Translations under genes and position numbers: made by a program
Source: Candidatus Bathyarchaeota archaeon
GTDB taxonomy: Archaea > Thermoproteota > Bathyarchaeia > 40CM-2-53-6
DNA: 64,000 bases
Assembly (NCBI GenBank): GCA_963706285.1
Contig: CAVPLU010000010.1
Coordinates: 160,001 to 224,000 of the forward strand
Direction of reading: 5' to 3'
In this document: piece by piece, positions 1-10,182 of the stretch
Position numbering within the stretch: the first letter of the stretch is position 1
How the letters are laid out: the number at the start of each line of letters is the position of its first letter
The notes under the pieces: model-generated
Databases searched by the model: none
What the model saw: only the letters and a program-made list of their open reading frames with translations
Told to the model about the DNA's origin: nothing

Positions 1-50
1 CTCGTGCAGATTTCGCGATGGCCCGAGCGTGAAGCGGGTTACACGCTCGG

Positions 51-1451
51 CTACCATTGCCCTGTCTTCAGATACTCATCGATGGCTTTGGCCGCCTTCT
101 TACCTTGGCCCATCGCTACGATGACTGTCGCGCCGCCAGTGGCGACATCACCGCCGGCGAATACGCCCTTCTTTGACGTTTTCCCAGTTTCATTATCAAT
201 GACCACGACGCCGTCCTCGCCTGTTTTCAGGTCTGGTGTGGTCTTGGGGATCAGTGGGCTCGGGCTTTGGCCTATCGCGATGATTACGGTGTCTGCAGGA
301 ATTCGGAAGTTGGATCCTTCAATGGGAACCGGGCGTCGCCGTCCGGAGGCGTCAGGTTCTCCCAATTGATTCTGGATGCATTCCAGCTCCTTCACGCGTC
401 CCTTCTCGTCGCCGTGGATGGCTACTGGTGTTGCGAGTAGTTTGAATTGTACTCCCTCCTCTTCGGCGTGATGGATTTCTTCAGCGCGGGCCGGCATCTC
501 TTCGCGTGATCGACGATAGACGAGGATGGATTCTTGAGCGCCAAGCCTGAGGGCGGTGCGTGAGGAGTCCATCGCGACATTTCCTCCTCCTATAGTGATC
601 ACGTGGCGGCCTCGTGCGATCGGTGTATCATATTCCGGAAAACGGTAGGCCTTCATCAGGTTCGCGCGGGTCAGGTATTCGTTGGCCGAATAGACGCCAC
701 TGAGGTTCTCTCCAGGAATGTTTAGGAACCATGGTAGTCCAGCTCCGGATCCCAGAAAGATTGCATCGTACTCTTCCAGCAGCTCATTGATGGTAGCAGA
801 GTTACCAACAACGAAATCTTTGACGAGTTTGGCTCCTAGTCGGCATACATATTCTACTTCTCGTCGAACGATAGCTTTGGGTAGACGAAACTCTGGAATT
901 CCATAGACGAGCACTCCCCCGGCCTCGTGTAGCGCCTCGAAGATAGTCACGTGGTGACCCATTTTGACTAGGTCGGCTGCTACTGTTAGACCGGCAGGGC
1001 CGGAGCCTACAACGGCCACTTTCTTGCCTGTTGGCGGTGCTATATCCGGGATGGGCAGGTCGCCTTGTTTCGCCTCCCAGTCAGCAGCGAAACGTTCCAG
1101 TCGGCCGATAGCAACCGGTTCGAATCGTTTTGCCAAGGTGCATATTTTCTCGCATTGCTGTTCTTGGGGGCATACTCGGCCTGTGACTGCGGGAAGGGAG
1201 TTTGTTTCTTTGACGAGATTGATAGCGCCTCGGAAATCTCCAGCGGCGACCAGTTTCAAGAATAGTGGTATCTGTACGTTCACAGGGCAGCCGTTCATGC
1301 ATTCAATGCGAGCGCATTCCAGGCACCGCTGCGCCTCTGCCATGGCTTGTTCGGCGTTGTAGCCGTAAGGAACCTCGTTGAAGTTCTTGATGCGTTCAGC
1401 GGGGCTCTGTTCTGGCATCGACGTTTTCTTTGGGATTATCTTTTTCGGCAC
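51..1451 (-). CDS. nfnB: NADH-dependent ferredoxin:NADP+ oxidoreductase large subunit (NfnB/SudA, GltD-like)
   Basis: CxxC..C..CP Fe-S motifs, GRVCPQE, VAVVGSGPAG FAD-binding and GGGNVAMD NADP-binding motifs; overlaps nfnA stop by 1 nt. Confidence 0.92.
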   Translation of the reverse strand: MPKKIIPKKTSMPEQSPAERIKNFNEVPYGYNAEQAMAEAQRCLECARIECMNGCPVNVQIPLFLKLVAAGDFRGAINLVKETNSLPAVTGRVCPQEQQCEKICTLAKRFEPVAIGRLERFAADWEAKQGDLPIPDIAPPTGKKVAVVGSGPAGLTVAADLVKMGHHVTIFEALHEAGGVLVYGIPEFRLPKAIVRREVEYVCRLGAKLVKDFVVGNSATINELLEEYDAIFLGSGAGLPWFLNIPGENLSGVYSANEYLTRANLMKAYRFPEYDTPIARGRHVITIGGGNVAMDSSRTALRLGAQESILVYRRSREEMPARAEEIHHAEEEGVQFKLLATPVAIHGDEKGRVKELECIQNQLGEPDASGRRRPVPIEGSNFRIPADTVIIAIGQSPSPLIPKTTPDLKTGEDGVVVIDNETGKTSKKGVFAGGDVATGGATVIVAMGQGKKAAKAIDEYLKTGQW

Positions 1452-2314
1452 TAAGCCTCTGCCCTCGCCATTGCGCTATCGAGTTGGCATTGGTGTTTCC
1501 AGCGTTCAAGTGCCTCTCGTTCCTGTTCGGCGTAGAATCCTAGACGCGAAAGCAGTATGCCCCAGTTGACCTTGTGAGCATCAAATTCTGGTCCGTCAAC
1601 ACACACAAATTGCGGTCCGTCCTCCAGTACGACACGACAGCCACCACACATGCCTGTCCCATCGATCATGATTGTGTTGAGACTCACGATCGTTGATACA
1701 TTGAAGGGTTTGGTGGCTATCGAAACGAATTTCATCATTATGGGTGGTCCAATCGCCCAAACCCGAGCAATCTCCTTCCCTTTCTTCTCGAGCAGCTCTT
1801 TGAGCGGTTCGGTTACGACTGCTTTGCGCCCGTACGATCCGTCATCCGTACAGACGATTAGTTCATCCGATACAGATCTCATTCGATCTTCCCAGAAAAG
1901 GAGAGACTTGTTGCGGGCGCCAATGATGGAAATGACCTTGTTGCCGGCTTGCTTGAGGGCGCGTGCGATGGGATAGGTTGGAGCGATGCCAACTCCTCCG
2001 CCTATGCAAATCACTGTTCCGTACTTCTTGATGTCCGTTGCATGACCGAGAGGTCCGGCGACAGTGATTAGTTCGTCTCCTGGCTTCAGGGCTCCCATCT
2101 GTGTCGTGGATTTTCCAACCTCTTGGAAGATGAGCGTGATTGTGCCGGTCTCGCGATTGAAATCAGCTATGGTGAGGGGAATGCGTTCGCCGCGCTCGTC
2201 AGTTCGCACTAGGACGAATTGGCCGGCTTCTGCTTTCTTGGCCACCACAGGAGCTTCCACCACGATCAGCTTGACCGTGTCGCTTAGCACCTGTTTTTCT
2301 AGAATCTTGTACAC
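1451..2314 (-). CDS. nfnA: Ferredoxin:NADP+ oxidoreductase small subunit (NfnA/SudB)
   Basis: GERIPLTIAD, GGGVGIAP, DGTGMCGGCRV..CVDGPEF [2Fe-2S] motif. Confidence 0.92.
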   Translation of the reverse strand: MYKILEKQVLSDTVKLIVVEAPVVAKKAEAGQFVLVRTDERGERIPLTIADFNRETGTITLIFQEVGKSTTQMGALKPGDELITVAGPLGHATDIKKYGTVICIGGGVGIAPTYPIARALKQAGNKVISIIGARNKSLLFWEDRMRSVSDELIVCTDDGSYGRKAVVTEPLKELLEKKGKEIARVWAIGPPIMMKFVSIATKPFNVSTIVSLNTIMIDGTGMCGGCRVVLEDGPQFVCVDGPEFDAHKVNWGILLSRLGFYAEQEREALERWKHQCQLDSAMARAEA

Positions 2315-2486
2315 TCTTCAGCTCCTGAGGTCACTCCGGAAGGCTCACTTACGAGATCCTCAGTATATTCCAACCTTGCGTGGAGTTCTCGCACCTATTA
2401 TATTTACTCTGAGCAACTAGATATTTACTACAAATATACGAGAATATACTATCTCCAGCACATCTACTACGTTGGCCAGAAGGGCT

Positions 2487-3350
2487 CTATGCAAACGCTC
2501 TAAGTTGCTTGACAGTTCCGAGGTACGTTCCGTCTAAGAGTTGAACTTCCGCCTCGTTCATGCTCACGATTCCTCCTCTCAGCAAAGGGCCGAATGAGTC
2601 GATCTTCGCCCAGCCTGACCCAGAACGCTGTTTCAGGTTGATTGGTCGACCGCCTAGGAAGTCATTAAATGGAGGAACGAAAAGGCAACGAACAACCTTC
2701 AGTTCAACCCCGTAACGTTCTCTGACTCTGTCTTCGATGTTCTTGATCTTCCGGTGCTTCGACTCCTTCAGAATCGCGCGAGCCAATTTCTTTGCATTAC
2801 ATGGCGCTCGCACCCAGACGGGCCTCGTGATTCTGTAACCCAAAGCATCAGTGAATGCGACCACAGGATGTAGGTGGCCCTGAATCAGAAACTCGCACCC
2901 GAGGAGTTCAGGGGCGGGCCAGGCGTGTCCGTGAAAGAGGCCGTATCTTCCCCACAACGCGATCCCGCTTGGAGGGAGAATCTTCACTTGGCTCGGCGTC
3001 ATCGGCTCTATGTTCCCATCGTGATTTCCTTGGATGATCTGAATGTCAGACACGAGTGGAACAATCTTCTCAAAGAATTCAGGTATGTCTTTCCATTCCT
3101 CCAGCCCAGCTCCGACGACTGAATGCTTCACATCGCCTAGAAACACGATCTTGGACGGGCTCGACTTCCTAATTATGTCGATCAGACGATCTGCTAGCTT
3201 CGATGTCTGCGAGGGAACGTGAATGCCCTGCTGTGAGAGAGTAATCTCCCATCCGATGTGTAGGTCGCCCACAACAAGAACCCTCTCTCCCTCGCCTTGC
3301 AGCAGTAAGGAAGGGGAATCATCTACTGGTGCTAGACTGTAAGCGACCAA
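2487..3350 (-). CDS. Calcineurin-like metallophosphoesterase/nuclease (Lhr-associated MPE type)
   Basis: DLHIG, LGDVKH, GNHD, HGH, GHLHP motifs; lies near Lhr. Confidence 0.85.
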   Translation of the reverse strand: MVAYSLAPVDDSPSLLLQGEGERVLVVGDLHIGWEITLSQQGIHVPSQTSKLADRLIDIIRKSSPSKIVFLGDVKHSVVGAGLEEWKDIPEFFEKIVPLVSDIQIIQGNHDGNIEPMTPSQVKILPPSGIALWGRYGLFHGHAWPAPELLGCEFLIQGHLHPVVAFTDALGYRITRPVWVRAPCNAKKLARAILKESKHRKIKNIEDRVRERYGVELKVVRCLFVPPFNDFLGGRPINLKQRSGSGWAKIDSFGPLLRGGIVSMNEAEVQLLDGTYLGTVKQLRAFA

Positions 3351-3468
3351 ACTGCGCCACCACTCCCTCTAGTGGTTATAGGGCTCCTCCAATGTTGGGG
3401 TTCTTTCAACATATCCTTAATGGAAGGAGTGAGGCTCTCATGGGCCAGTCAATTTGGTTTGGTAAGCT

Positions 3469-3894
3469 ATGTCGCAAGCATACGACCTAGAACTGACGAC
3501 GATCGAAGCCGTATGTCAGAACGTAGCATCCTCCCACACGCTGACGGATGCTCAACGAGTTAGACTCGAGGAACAATTCGGCGACCGATTCAAGAACGCC
3601 TTGGAGTTGGTGGATAATCAAAAGGTGCACAGGTACAAGTTCAAACCGAGCGGAAGAACGATTTGGACTGTGAATGGCAGAAAGGGCGTCTATCAAGTTA
3701 TCCCGGAGACGAACTTCTGCAACTGTGACGACTACTATTTTCGAGTGATGGATGGCAAGAGAGCATTGTGCTATCATATAATCGCGCAGAAGATTGCGTC
3801 CGCGATTGGAAGACATGAGACCAGCGACCTCCGGGATGTCCAGTACAGTGAGATCACGAAGCAGTGGAGGTCGAGGGCTGAGGCCGTCCCCTAG
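3469..3894 (+). CDS. SWIM zinc-finger protein
   Basis: CNC-x13-CYH SWIM signature. Confidence 0.8.
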   Translation: MSQAYDLELTTIEAVCQNVASSHTLTDAQRVRLEEQFGDRFKNALELVDNQKVHRYKFKPSGRTIWTVNGRKGVYQVIPETNFCNCDDYYFRVMDGKRALCYHIIAQKIASAIGRHETSDLRDVQYSEITKQWRSRAEAVP

Positions 3895-3966
3895 CGCCAG
3901 TTCGATGCTTCTACAGAATTGTTTAAATCAGAACCTTCTGTCTAGCACGCAAGATGGCGCTCAGCT

Positions 3967-4071
3967 TTGACACCTGACGAATTCTATGGTCTCTTGCAGA
4001 TCACAATTGTGCTTCTCGCGTCTGTTGCACTCATCTTGACTTTTGCCTATCTCGCATACGAGAAGAGCTGA
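3967..4071 (+). CDS. Small single-pass membrane protein (34 aa), absent from ORF track
   Basis: Manual translation MTPDEFYGLLQITIVLLASVALILTFAYLAYEKS; TTTAAAT box at 3922-3928. Confidence 0.5.
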   Translation: MTPDEFYGLLQITIVLLASVALILTFAYLAYEKS

Positions 4072-4225
4072 CTGCGCAACTCTGGCATCATCGTGACGCA
4101 GAAATTTCCATCCCACGCTAGCCTACCGGCCCGCGACGAAATCAATAAACCGAAGATCGGGATTCGCAGAACTAGCGTGGAAACGAGCAACATCGAGGCC
4201 CGGCAGCAGCCTCCACAATTCAGCC

Positions 4226-7104
4226 ATGTTGAGTCAGGAAGGTGCGTCTTTGGCCGATGATGCTTTTGCTCTGTTGCAGAAACCGCTTCAGGAGCAAATT
4301 GCCAGACTAGAGATAGCTGAAGCCAGCGATATTCAGAGGTTGGCGATTCCGCCGATTCTTGAAGGCAAGAACGCAGTTCTCATAGCTCCGACTGGAACTG
4401 GGAAGACCCTGGCTGCCGTTCTTCCCGTCTTTGATCTCTTTGTTGCAGCGAGAAGCAGAGACGAGACACGCGGCATATCGATACTGTATGTTACGCCTCT
4501 TCGTGCGCTCAATAGAGATATCCTACGCAGAGTTTCTGACCTAGGCGCGGAGCTTGGCATCAAGGTCCAAGTTAGGCATGGCGACACAGCGACTTCCACC
4601 CGGGTTCTTCAGGCGAAGTCTCCACCCCACATGTTGATCACTACGCCGGAAACGCTTCAAGCAATTCTGCCTGGCAAACGCATGCGTGAGCACCTTAGGA
4701 ATGTCAGATGGGCGATTGTGGACGAGATACACGAGTTGGCAGCAGACAAACGTGGAGTCCAGCTTGCGCTCGGACTTGAGCGTTTGCGAAACCTCACGGG
4801 TCAAGATTTCCAGAGGATAGGGCTCTCAGCAACCGTTGGAGACGAGGATAAGATCGCCAAGTTCCTTGCAGGCTCCGAGAGAGACGCAGTTATCGTGAAG
4901 TCTAGGGAGGGACGAGGCTTTGAAGTTCAAGTTGATTACGTCTCACCGACCTCCAAAGATCGAGAGAACGGTGAGAAATTTAGTGTTCCACCGTCCACGA
5001 TCGCTCGCGCGAGACGCATTGCGGAACTGATACACGAGAAGAATTCTGTGCTTGTGTTCACGAACACTCGCGAACATGCGGAAGCTGTCGGGTCTCAACT
5101 CAAGGCTCTTGATCCCAACGCGCCGGTCCGCGTTCACCATGGCTCTCTCTCAAAGGAGATTCGAGAAGAAGTGGAAGAGGACTTTCAGACCGGCAAAGTC
5201 AAAGCGGTGGTTTGCACCTCCTCGCTCGAGCTGGGAATCGACGTAGGCTCGGTCGATTTCATCATCCAATACATGTCACCACGACAAGCAGCTCGCCTAA
5301 TTCAGAGAATAGGCAGAAGCGAGCACAGGCTCCGCGGCGTCGCGAAAGGCGTCATCCTCGGCACATCTGTAGACGACATTCTTGAGGCAGCCGTCATCGC
5401 GCAAAACGCAAAGAGCGAAAAACTCGAACCAACGGTGATCCACGAGAACGCGCTTGACGTGCTTGCTCATCAGATAGCGGGCTTAGTTCTAGACTTGCGC
5501 AGACTCACCGTTGGGGAAGCGCTTGAGATTGTCAAGCGTGCGTATCCGTACCGTGATCTAACGCCAGAGGCTTTCATGTCGGTTGTGAAACAGCTTGGAA
5601 TTGGTAGAGTAATCACAGTCCAAGAAGATATACTCAGAGTTCGATTTCCGAATACGTTCAGGTACTACTATCAAAATCTGTCAATGATACCTGACATGAA
5701 GAGATATCTCGTATTCGACTTTTTCCGAAAACGCAAGATCGGTACACTCGATCAAGACTTCGTTGCGCGTAAGTGCAAGTCGGGAACCGAGCTTATCATG
5801 CATGGTCAAACGTGGAGGGTGATCGCTGTCAATGAAGACCAACTCTCGGTCGAGGTAGAACCGACCGCCCCTACTCTAAACGCGATTCCAAGCTGGGAAG
5901 GCGAGATCATACCGGTCAGCTACGAAGTAGCTAGTGAGGTTGGAAAACTGCGAGGCCTGATTTCTGCGGGACTTGACGACCCTGCAAAGGGTGCTGAGCT
6001 CGGCGATAGATTTGCAGGTGACGCAGGAAGCGATGCAGAAGTCCATTGAATCGATCCGATCTCAGAAGGAATCGTATCCTGTCCCGACCGATGCTGTAGC
6101 GACCGTTGAGAAGTTCGAGAACTGCGTCGTCGTACATACTTGCCTCGGCACCTTAGCGAATGAAACCATATCATTGGCGTTGACTTCACTGCTCGGCGCA
6201 AGACTAGGGATAAATGCTGTAGCACAGACCGATTCCTACAGAATTGCGCTCGTCTTTCCATTCAAGATAGAACCAACTCTAGTTGAAAGAGAGCTACAGC
6301 AGCTGAGCCCCGACGAGCTTGAGAAGGTGGTTGTCAACGCGCTAGAGATGTCCGACATGTTTGCGTGGAGACACTGGCATGTCGCGAAGAGATTCGGCGC
6401 GGTCGAACGGACCGCTGAATACAAGGCAAGCCGAGGTAGACTTCTTGTGAAAATCTTCAAGGGCACTCCGCTTGAGGAAGAAACAAGAAGAGAAGTCTTT
6501 CTCGAAAAACTCGACTTGGAGCATGCAAAGAAGTTCATTGAGCAAGTCAGAAATGGCTCAGTCTCGCTGCAGGTCGTGAAGGAAACGCCGGGAAGCTGTT
6601 CTCCCCTCGCCCTTACCCATTGTAGACAAGATCATTCCGCATGATCTTCTTCGACCTGCCATCCCGAGCAAGAGCCTCACTCAGATTATCAAAGAAAGAC
6701 TTCTCGCGAGTCGCGTTCGTCTTGTTTGCGTCTACAAAGGCGACTGGGACGGAATCAGAGTGGTCGGCGACCTTCCGGAGACCATAAAGTGTCCTCACTG
6801 CAAATCGACGCTAATCGCGGCGACATACCTAGGCGATGACGGACTCGCCAAGACTGTGAAAAGACGACTTCACCATCAGAAACTCTCTGATGAAGAAGAA
6901 CAAGCGTACAAACGCGCTTGGCTTAGCGCGAGCCTAATGCAGACAAACGGCAAGAAAGCGGCAGTCGTGATGAGCGGAAGAGGAGTCGGACCAACCACTG
7001 CCATCAGAGTATTGAGAAAGTTGCATCGGACAGAAGAGGACTTCTACGTTGACATACTCAAAGCCGAACGCGAATATGCAAGAACGAGGCTTTTCTGGGA
7101 TTGA
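4226..7104 (+). CDS. lhr: Lhr-family DEAD/H helicase, split by two apparent +1 frameshifts (~6011, ~6611)
   Basis: APTGTGKT, DEIH, SAT, LELGIDVG, QRIGRS, IPSWEGE and C-terminal CPHC; three ORF pieces join into one ~958-aa frame after removing one T and one C in short homopolymers. Confidence 0.88.
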
Positions 7105-7181
7105 AGTGATCTTCAACTCCACTATTCTAGGGACTTGATGATGCAGCTGCCTTTGGCATGTCCATGAGTCAATGAACTTAT

Positions 7182-7512
7182 TCACGCGAATACAATCGAA
7201 GCAAAGTAGTTCAAGATGGTCATCAACAGGAAGCCTGTCATGAAACTTGCAGTCGCTACTCTTTCGAATCCGTGACTGTGGCTTTCAGGAACCATTTCAT
7301 CGAAAATGACGTAGAGCATGGCGCCTCCAGCGAAGGCGAGTGCGTAAGGGAGAAGCGCCTGGAACAGGCCTACGACGACGAGAGCCGTGATTGCGCAGTA
7401 GGCTCTATGAAGCCTGAGATAGCTCCTGCGATGAAGCTACTTCGGGTTGAGTAGCCAGGCTTGTGGTCATGCTTGCGAGGACGCTAAGGATAACCGCTTG
7501 GGGATCCAACAA
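7182..7512 (-). pseudogene. ZIP-family (ZupT/GufA) zinc transporter remnant with large internal deletion
   Basis: Manual translation: N-terminal LDPQAVILSVLASMTTSL joined to GYSTRSSFIAGAISGFIEP and, after a shift, LLPYALAFAGGAMLYVIFDEMVPESHSHG. Confidence 0.8.
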
Positions 7513-7558
7513 CTGCACGTTCGCTCCGAAGAGACAGAGCTTCGAGCCCTTTTCTAGT

Positions 7559-8473
7559 CTATGAAGATGTCTGTTCCCAGAATAGATGGTACATGAGGTA
7601 GAATGCAGCGATTCCGCTATACGGTGCGAACTTCTTGGTCAGGGTGTTACTGACCTCTTCTGAGGAGACGTTTCTTCCTTTGAAGTAGATTTGCGATACC
7701 GCTCGCCTTATTCCGAGATCATCAGCTGGAAGGGAATTCACGCGACCCATACCACGTACAAGTGTATACTTCGCAGTCCATTCTCCAATTCCTCGGAGCT
7801 TGGTCAATTCAGCTACAGCTTGCTCGTCATCCATTCGTGACAGCCCGTTCAAGTCGAACTCGTCGTTCGCGATTTTCTTTGAGAACTCGGCTATGTATCG
7901 CGCCTTGGCAGCACTTAGGCCGACCTTCCTCAATCCAGCAGGTTTGGCTTTTGCGAGTGACTCTGATGTTGGAAAGCCGTAGAATGTTCTTCCTTCTCGA
8001 GTTATCGTGTTGCCATATCTCTGTACAAGTCGTGAGCGAATTGCGATTGCGGCGTAAAGCGAGATCTGCTGTTCGGTAATCGCGATGATAACAGATTCAA
8101 AGATGGTCGGGGGGCGTATCGGTCTGAGGCCTCTGAGCTTCTTCGCAATATTTCTCATGGCTGAGTCCTTTCTTGCGATTGCATAGAATTGGTCGAAGTC
8201 AAATGTCGGTTCGAACATTGATCGGAGCACGTGTTTCACTGCAAAGATTTCAGATGCGCTATTCAGCAACGGATACGTGCCGACAAACAGTCTTGGCTGC
8301 TCTATCGTTCCTCTCGATGAAACTGAAACGAGGATCGGCTTCTTGTTTGTCCGGAGGACTCTCATGTAGACATTGTCTTCATAGAGGTCTGGCAGGCTGT
8401 TTTGGAAACGTGAGTGCATCTGAGCACTCCTCTGAAAGTCGAATGGTGGTTTGGGACGCATGGTGAAGGACAT
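7559..8473 (-). CDS. alkA: DNA-3-methyladenine glycosylase II (AlkA, HhH-GPD)
   Basis: FESVIIAITEQQIS, LRGIGEWTA HhH, PADDLGIR; start moved to ATG 8473 to avoid overlap. Confidence 0.85.
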   Translation of the reverse strand: MSFTMRPKPPFDFQRSAQMHSRFQNSLPDLYEDNVYMRVLRTNKKPILVSVSSRGTIEQPRLFVGTYPLLNSASEIFAVKHVLRSMFEPTFDFDQFYAIARKDSAMRNIAKKLRGLRPIRPPTIFESVIIAITEQQISLYAAIAIRSRLVQRYGNTITREGRTFYGFPTSESLAKAKPAGLRKVGLSAAKARYIAEFSKKIANDEFDLNGLSRMDDEQAVAELTKLRGIGEWTAKYTLVRGMGRVNSLPADDLGIRRAVSQIYFKGRNVSSEEVSNTLTKKFAPYSGIAAFYLMYHLFWEQTSS

Positions 8474-8570
8474 GTACAATCTACTCGAACTGTTCGCAGC
8501 AAGTCGTAGTGATGCTCGACGATGAATCAGGACCGGGACAATGTGCGTTCTTCTTTGCGTGGGATCTCTG

Positions 8571-9200
8571 CTACACAGTGCGCGTGAATAGTCTGTATTT
8601 TCCTTCTCCACTCAGTTCGTCCACGATTCTCTTTGCGAGGACTTTGACTGGATCAGAAGTTTTTGTTCTCTCTTGGATGTCTTTGAAGCTTGTGAATTGT
8701 TTCTTTTCTCGAGCGTTAACGATCTGCCACATTGACTTCTTTCCTATTCCTGGAAGCAGTTCCAGAGCGTGCATTCTTGGTGTGACCGGCTGCGAGACAT
8801 TGAAGAACCCTACAAATCTTTCCTCTTGATGTCTGATGAGTGTCTCGAGCACAGGTTGCATTTCCGCTTTGGCGCTCGCCGTCAGTTCCTGGTAGCTGAC
8901 TCTTCCCATTACGCGTTCGATCTTTTCGCGTCGTTCTCGCCCGACGTAGATTCGTTCATGTGGTGTCGCAACAGCGCCTTGCTTCAGTTCCGCTTCGAGA
9001 AGCGTGAAGTATGTCTCTCCGATGACTTGAACCGTGGGTGCCGCTACGTGTCTCGGTCTCTCGGCGGAGGGTCTACCGTAGCTAAGGAAGTCAAGCACGT
9101 AAGCATACTCTTCATAGAGTCTAGGCCGGAGAGCGTCTTCCTTGCTTTGACGATCACTTGAAGTGCTGTATCTTTCATGACTGCCTCTTGATTCCATCAA
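8571..9200 (-). CDS. DUF655 putative RNA-binding protein
   Basis: EEYAYVLDFL, RMHALELLPGIGKK; usual position after rpo4. Confidence 0.88.
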   Translation of the reverse strand: MMESRGSHERYSTSSDRQSKEDALRPRLYEEYAYVLDFLSYGRPSAERPRHVAAPTVQVIGETYFTLLEAELKQGAVATPHERIYVGRERREKIERVMGRVSYQELTASAKAEMQPVLETLIRHQEERFVGFFNVSQPVTPRMHALELLPGIGKKSMWQIVNAREKKQFTSFKDIQERTKTSDPVKVLAKRIVDELSGEGKYRLFTRTV

Positions 9201-9461
9201 GAATCACTTCGCGATTTGATTCCTGCGTCCTGCGGGAACTAACAGTTGAGCAAAATGTCCTCTGCGCGGTACTCAGGGGTTGGTGGAATCAGGAACGTCT
9301 TCCGGGACGCAGACATGGGTTGCTCTTCCTGAGGGAGAGTGTTCGTCTCGTCGCGGTCAAAAGTCTTTCGGGAAACTCATCTATGGAGGTGCTTGAAGTG
9401 GTTTGGTGACATACAGAGGCCGTGCAAAGATCATATTGGTTGGATGGCGTGATTCACACGT

Positions 9462-9797
9462 TCAGGGTGCCTTGTATGGCGCCAGTGTCTTCAGGATATC
9501 TTCTAGTTGTTCGGTGGTGAACACTCGGCCCTTTGTGGACAGTACGGTCCTGATCTCTTCTATTGATGAGGGCATGCAGTTAGCGATCTGTATTGCGTCC
9601 TTGCGGTCCAGTTGGTGCTTCTCGGATAGGTCTCGTAGCAGCTTCTCGGCTTTCCCTGGTGGGATCTTGGAGAATTTGATGGTGTAATCGCGGGTTCTCC
9701 TCTGGAACTCGCCCAGTTCGTCCTCGCTGGCTTTCTCCAGAATCCTTCGGGCCTCAGCCGTTGCGATTGGCTTTGCATCGATCAGTTTTCGCGGCAA
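9462..9797 (-). CDS. rpo4: RNA polymerase subunit Rpo4 (RpoF)
   Basis: Size, QIANCMPSSIEEIR motif, rpl21e-rpoF-DUF655 synteny. Confidence 0.9.
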   Translation of the reverse strand: MPRKLIDAKPIATAEARRILEKASEDELGEFQRRTRDYTIKFSKIPPGKAEKLLRDLSEKHQLDRKDAIQIANCMPSSIEEIRTVLSTKGRVFTTEQLEDILKTLAPYKAP

Positions 9798-9804
9798 TCC
9801 CGTA

Positions 9805-10095
9805 TCAACTACTTTCTATGTGTTCAGGTCTGGCTATCACGGTGCGTGTCTGTTTTCCTTCGGCGACTTCGATGATGTAGCTTCGTCCTCTCTTTGCTTT
9901 GATGACGCCTATTCGGCCGTGGTATCGACGGTGCGGCATGCCCTTGTGCACGCTGGAGTCGATTCTTATCATGACTTTGTCTCCTGGGTTGTAGGTTCTG
10001 AGGAGGCGACTTAGGCCGACTTTTCCTTTCTCTCGAGGTTTCTTTCGGAAGAGAGTCCGAGTTCTTGATCTGTAGCCTTTTGAACGTCTCACCAA
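9805..10095 (-). CDS. rpl21e: 50S ribosomal protein L21e
   Basis: SKGYRSRTR, HKGMPHRRYHG, ARPEH. Confidence 0.97.
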   Translation of the reverse strand: MVRRSKGYRSRTRTLFRKKPREKGKVGLSRLLRTYNPGDKVMIRIDSSVHKGMPHRRYHGRIGVIKAKRGRSYIIEVAEGKQTRTVIARPEHIESS

Positions 10096-10182
10096 GGTAC
10101 CTAGTGCTCCTGAACGTTGTTTTGGATGGTTCCGCTAGCAGACCTCAAACGGGCTATTTAAGCATCCTAGAACCTGTCGGAG

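Noticed and set aside
6005-6620. Programmed frameshifting or introns at the lhr breaks and similar breaks in other genes
   Set aside because: Each is fixed by removing a single base; no shared slippery heptamer or inserted hairpin was seen
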